From NCBI GenBank assembly GCA_965200965.1, contig OZ241744.1, forward strand, positions 1,568,001 to 1,632,000: a stretch of 64,000 bases of DNA, given 5' to 3'. The notes under the pieces are model-generated. The model was not told the DNA's origin. It ran no database searches and worked only from the letters and a program-made list of their open reading frames with translations. The translations under genes and the position numbers were made by a program. This stretch comes from an uncultured Candidatus Binatia bacterium (GTDB lineage: Bacteria > Desulfobacterota > Binatia > Bin18). Shown here in pieces: positions 61,406 to 64,000 of the stretch; the first letter of the stretch is position 1; each line of letters starts with the position of its first letter.

Positions 61406-62458
61406 TCACCGGTTGCAGTATAGAGAATTTCGTGACTGGGGAAAACTCATCCGTGGGAACGAAAGCCCCGAGGCAGAAGGAGGGACCGCCTCAAATATGT
61501 GGAGCCGCATATCGGCCGTTATGCCCGCCTCAACCGCCTGCCAGTCATGATCGGGCAAAACCGTCAGCTCGGGTGCGAGCTGGGTCCATTTCTTCAGACG
61601 CCAGATTTTGTCCCACCAGGCGTCCCGATCAAACGCCAGCCCGGGGAGGCGGGTATACCTGTACTGATCCCTGGTCCAGGCCAAGTTTCCGCACAGCAAC
61701 ACCGGGCCCGTGGGCAGCCGGACGAGCACTGCCAGCCCACCCGCGGTCATGCCGCTGGCGTCGAGCAGGATAACACTGCCGTCGCCGAACAGGTCCTGGG
61801 CGGCGGGCAGCAGGCCAAGCGGCTCGGCCTGTCCAAAATCTATGAACTGCCACTGCGCGACTTGGTCATACTCTTTGGGCAGATACGCTCCCAACCCGGT
61901 CTGTCCGATTGCTGCGGCGTGCTCAGCGCTGGTCACCACCGCCGTCGCCCCAGAAAAATGCTCCAATTCACCGGCGTGGTCGGGCCGCAGATCGGGCAGG
62001 ATAATGTGCGTCGTCTCATCCGCCGGCAGCCGGGCGGCCTGGAGTTGGGCGACGATGTCCTGGCCAGCGCTCAGCCGGGCCCGTCCGAGCACCGACAAGG
62101 GCGTTTCCAGATAGGTCTGCGGACCATCGGCTACGGAATCGGCCAGCGCCCGGTTAAGCCCGGTGCCAACCAGGATGAGCCCCTGATGGGGATGCTGGAT
62201 GGCAAACACCAGCACATCCAGCTGTGTCTGGCCGAAGACACTGCCACCCTCATACACCAGTCGGCTCGACAGGGTCATTGAGCCGGTCTGAAAAACATGC
62301 AGCCGCAGCCCTGGCGTGCCGTGGTAGGTCTCAGGCCAGTTGTGCAACTCGGGGACGATATGCGGCGGCTGCAAGGGATCGTGACAGCCGCCCACCAGCA
62401 AGGCCAGCAGACCGACCAGGCTGAGGACTGCGTGACGGACAGCGACATACGCAGTCAT
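61406..62458 (-). CDS. Lipoprotein with a metallo-beta-lactamase (AHL-lactonase-like) fold and degenerate metal motifs
   Basis: LLVGGC lipobox; PDLRPDHAG, DLFGDGSV, SGMTAG, LCGN and PDHD align to HxHxDH/GHT/GD/H positions. Confidence 0.72.
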   Translation of the reverse strand: MTAYVAVRHAVLSLVGLLALLVGGCHDPLQPPHIVPELHNWPETYHGTPGLRLHVFQTGSMTLSSRLVYEGGSVFGQTQLDVLVFAIQHPHQGLILVGTGLNRALADSVADGPQTYLETPLSVLGRARLSAGQDIVAQLQAARLPADETTHIILPDLRPDHAGELEHFSGATAVVTSAEHAAAIGQTGLGAYLPKEYDQVAQWQFIDFGQAEPLGLLPAAQDLFGDGSVILLDASGMTAGGLAVLVRLPTGPVLLCGNLAWTRDQYRYTRLPGLAFDRDAWWDKIWRLKKWTQLAPELTVLPDHDWQAVEAGITADMRLHIFEAVPPSASGLSFPRMSFPQSRNSLYCNR

Positions 62459-62547
62459 GGATGGGTGTATAGACGATAGGCTGGTCCTCCGCCAAGAGCA
62501 TCGGTCCGTGTGGAGATTATGAACAGGGCTGGGGCAGCTTTTTTCTG

Positions 62548-62573
62548 AGTTGACCTGTGTCATGCTGTCAACT
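62548..62573. promoter_or_regulatory. Perfect 7-bp inverted repeat between divergent genes
   Basis: AGTTGAC-N12-GTCAACT. Confidence 0.4.
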
Positions 62574-62603
62574 ATTTTGTGGGCCTGGGGGAGGGAGTCA
62601 GCA

Positions 62604-64000
62604 ATGGCAGGCGTCCCAGGAACACAGGAGCGGCTGGCCCTGGCAGACATAGAAGACCGACTGCGACGACTGCGGGGACGGTTTAACCGGTACACCTTTC
62701 AACACCGTGTGTACATGTTTGGGACGGCGCTGGCCCTGGTTGCCAGCGTCCTGATCGTATGCGCCTATAAGATAGATTTGGCCTCGTCCGTTTTTGCCTG
62801 GATCAGTTGGCCGCTCGGCCTCGGCCTGCTCGGCCTGCTCGTCTTGAGCCTGCGTCTCGGTATCCGGGAGTGGGCGAATACCGTCCTCGCCGCCCGCAGA
62901 GCCGATCAGCACGCTGGCCTGCAGGAACGCGTGTCAACCCTGGCCGCCCAACTCCAAGACGGCGCGGTCGGCAGAGAACCACCCTCCCGGCTGTGGCCGC
63001 ATCTGCTCGCCGATACCACCGCCCGGCTGTCCGAGTGGGAAATACCAAAGGTCGCCCCGGGCCGGATTCCGTGGACCATTCTGCCCCTGTTGGCCGCGCT
63101 TGGCGTGTTGAGCCTGACCGCCCTGATTCCGTCTTTATCTTCCAGTCAGCAGGACGATCCGTTCAGCTTAGTCAGCATGCAGTATCTGGCCCGGAATTTG
63201 CCTGAACGGATGACAAAGCTGCTTGACGAAAAAATGTCGCTTCTGCCGCCGGCGTCCGAAAACTGGGGCAAGAGCGGCATGTTCCCGCCCCAGGACACGC
63301 CGGCGACGACCAACGATCAAGAAGTCATCCCCAGTACGGCCAGTGACGACACGACCAACCCGGCCCTGCAAACCCTGGCCTCGCTGTCGGAGGAACTCCA
63401 GCAGTCGATCCGGGACACCCTGCACGGCTTGTCGATTCCGCCCAGTCCAGAGCGGTCCGACGCGCCCCCCACGCCTCCCCTCCCGGAGCGAGAGATCGAC
63501 GGCCTGCGGCTGGCCAACACGCCCAAAGACGAGGCCGACTTTCCGGTTCAGGGCACGGACAGGCCCCGGGGCGGCCGCACGCGTGAAGCAACCCGGACGG
63601 ACGGTCCGGCCATGGCCGGCCAAGCCGGTCCCGGAGCCCAGGCACCGGCCCGGGGCAGCGGCTTGCGGCAACTCAGCCAAGCTCGCCTGGACCGGAAAAA
63701 CGCGCCCGGCAGCTTTCAACCCCAGACCCCGCCAATGCCGGGCAGTGGCGGCAGCACGGGCGGGGCGGGTGCCGGCAGCGGAACAGACTCAAACCTGTTT
63801 GGCAAGAGGACCACTCCGGGCAACGATGGGCAGACCTTTCAGTTATCGCTGGACAGCACCTATGAACTCACCCGGGGTGGCGACGGCGAGCCGGTCAAGT
63901 ACGAGGGTGAACTCCCGCCCAGCAAATCGCGCCGCAAGCTGAGCCAACAGCAGTCCTTGGACGACGCCATCCGCAAGGCCAAGATCCCGCCTGAGTACGA
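62604..64000 (+). CDS. Hypothetical membrane protein with a long Gly/Pro-rich C-terminal region, runs off the right edge
   Basis: Not in the ORF track. GGGAG RBS; MAGVPGTQERLAL..., three TM segments, A..AD...GLQERVST, ending ...IRKAKIPPEY with no stop. Confidence 0.75.
   Translation, partial: MAGVPGTQERLALADIEDRLRRLRGRFNRYTFQHRVYMFGTALALVASVLIVCAYKIDLASSVFAWISWPLGLGLLGLLVLSLRLGIREWANTVLAARRADQHAGLQERVSTLAAQLQDGAVGREPPSRLWPHLLADTTARLSEWEIPKVAPGRIPWTILPLLAALGVLSLTALIPSLSSSQQDDPFSLVSMQYLARNLPERMTKLLDEKMSLLPPASENWGKSGMFPPQDTPATTNDQEVIPSTASDDTTNPALQTLASLSEELQQSIRDTLHGLSIPPSPERSDAPPTPPLPEREIDGLRLANTPKDEADFPVQGTDRPRGGRTREATRTDGPAMAGQAGPGAQAPARGSGLRQLSQARLDRKNAPGSFQPQTPPMPGSGGSTGGAGAGSGTDSNLFGKRTTPGNDGQTFQLSLDSTYELTRGGDGEPVKYEGELPPSKSRRKLSQQQSLDDAIRKAKIPPEY

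Noticed and set aside
61428-61495. CGTGACTGG...GGGAACG...CCGCCT resembling a ZTP riboswitch, or half of a REP-like repeat
   Set aside because: The pseudoknot GGCG and 3' hairpin are absent, there is no downstream sense gene, and only a single copy is present.
63168-63942. ORF-track calls of 183 aa and 239 aa
   Set aside because: Alternate frames of the real ORF starting at 62604.

Overview
This is a GC-rich bacterial chromosomal window. The gene content suggests a Deltaproteobacteria-like lineage, possibly Binatia, but that is inference only. Most of it is housekeeping: kdsB, a short mutY, two tandem ArnT-like transferases, a K+-dependent membrane pyrophosphatase, adh-meaB and a crotonase, a fused double-length uvrA, a CorC-type transporter, an acetoin/2-oxoacid dehydrogenase E1a-E1b-E2, and a dcw cluster that lacks mraZ, murF and murD but runs on into a radical SAM gene and acpS. 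It also holds a class V aminotransferase-serA-nfeD/SPFH-purA run, an LLM oxidoreductase, an acyl-CoA dehydrogenase pair, a 1-Cys peroxiredoxin and xerC-hslV-hslU. Small accessory patches interrupt it. At about 10.7-12.3 kb there is an orphan PD-(D/E)xK/QxxxY nuclease-like gene and a lipoprotein. At 47.0-47.7 kb there is a frameshifted aspartic protease and a Ser/Thr kinase remnant. At 59.7-61.4 kb a leaderless RHH-like gene is coupled to a multiply broken N6-adenine methyltransferase. The best candidates for undescribed biology are a GGCT-like/PTPS-III/lipoprotein cytochrome c operon, the RHH-controlled methyltransferase module, the orphan nuclease, a lipoprotein MBL-fold protein with a rewired metal site, and heptamer repeats at the uvrA fusion junction. 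I saw no rRNA, tRNA, CRISPR array or intact IS. All family calls come from motif recognition, not database searches.
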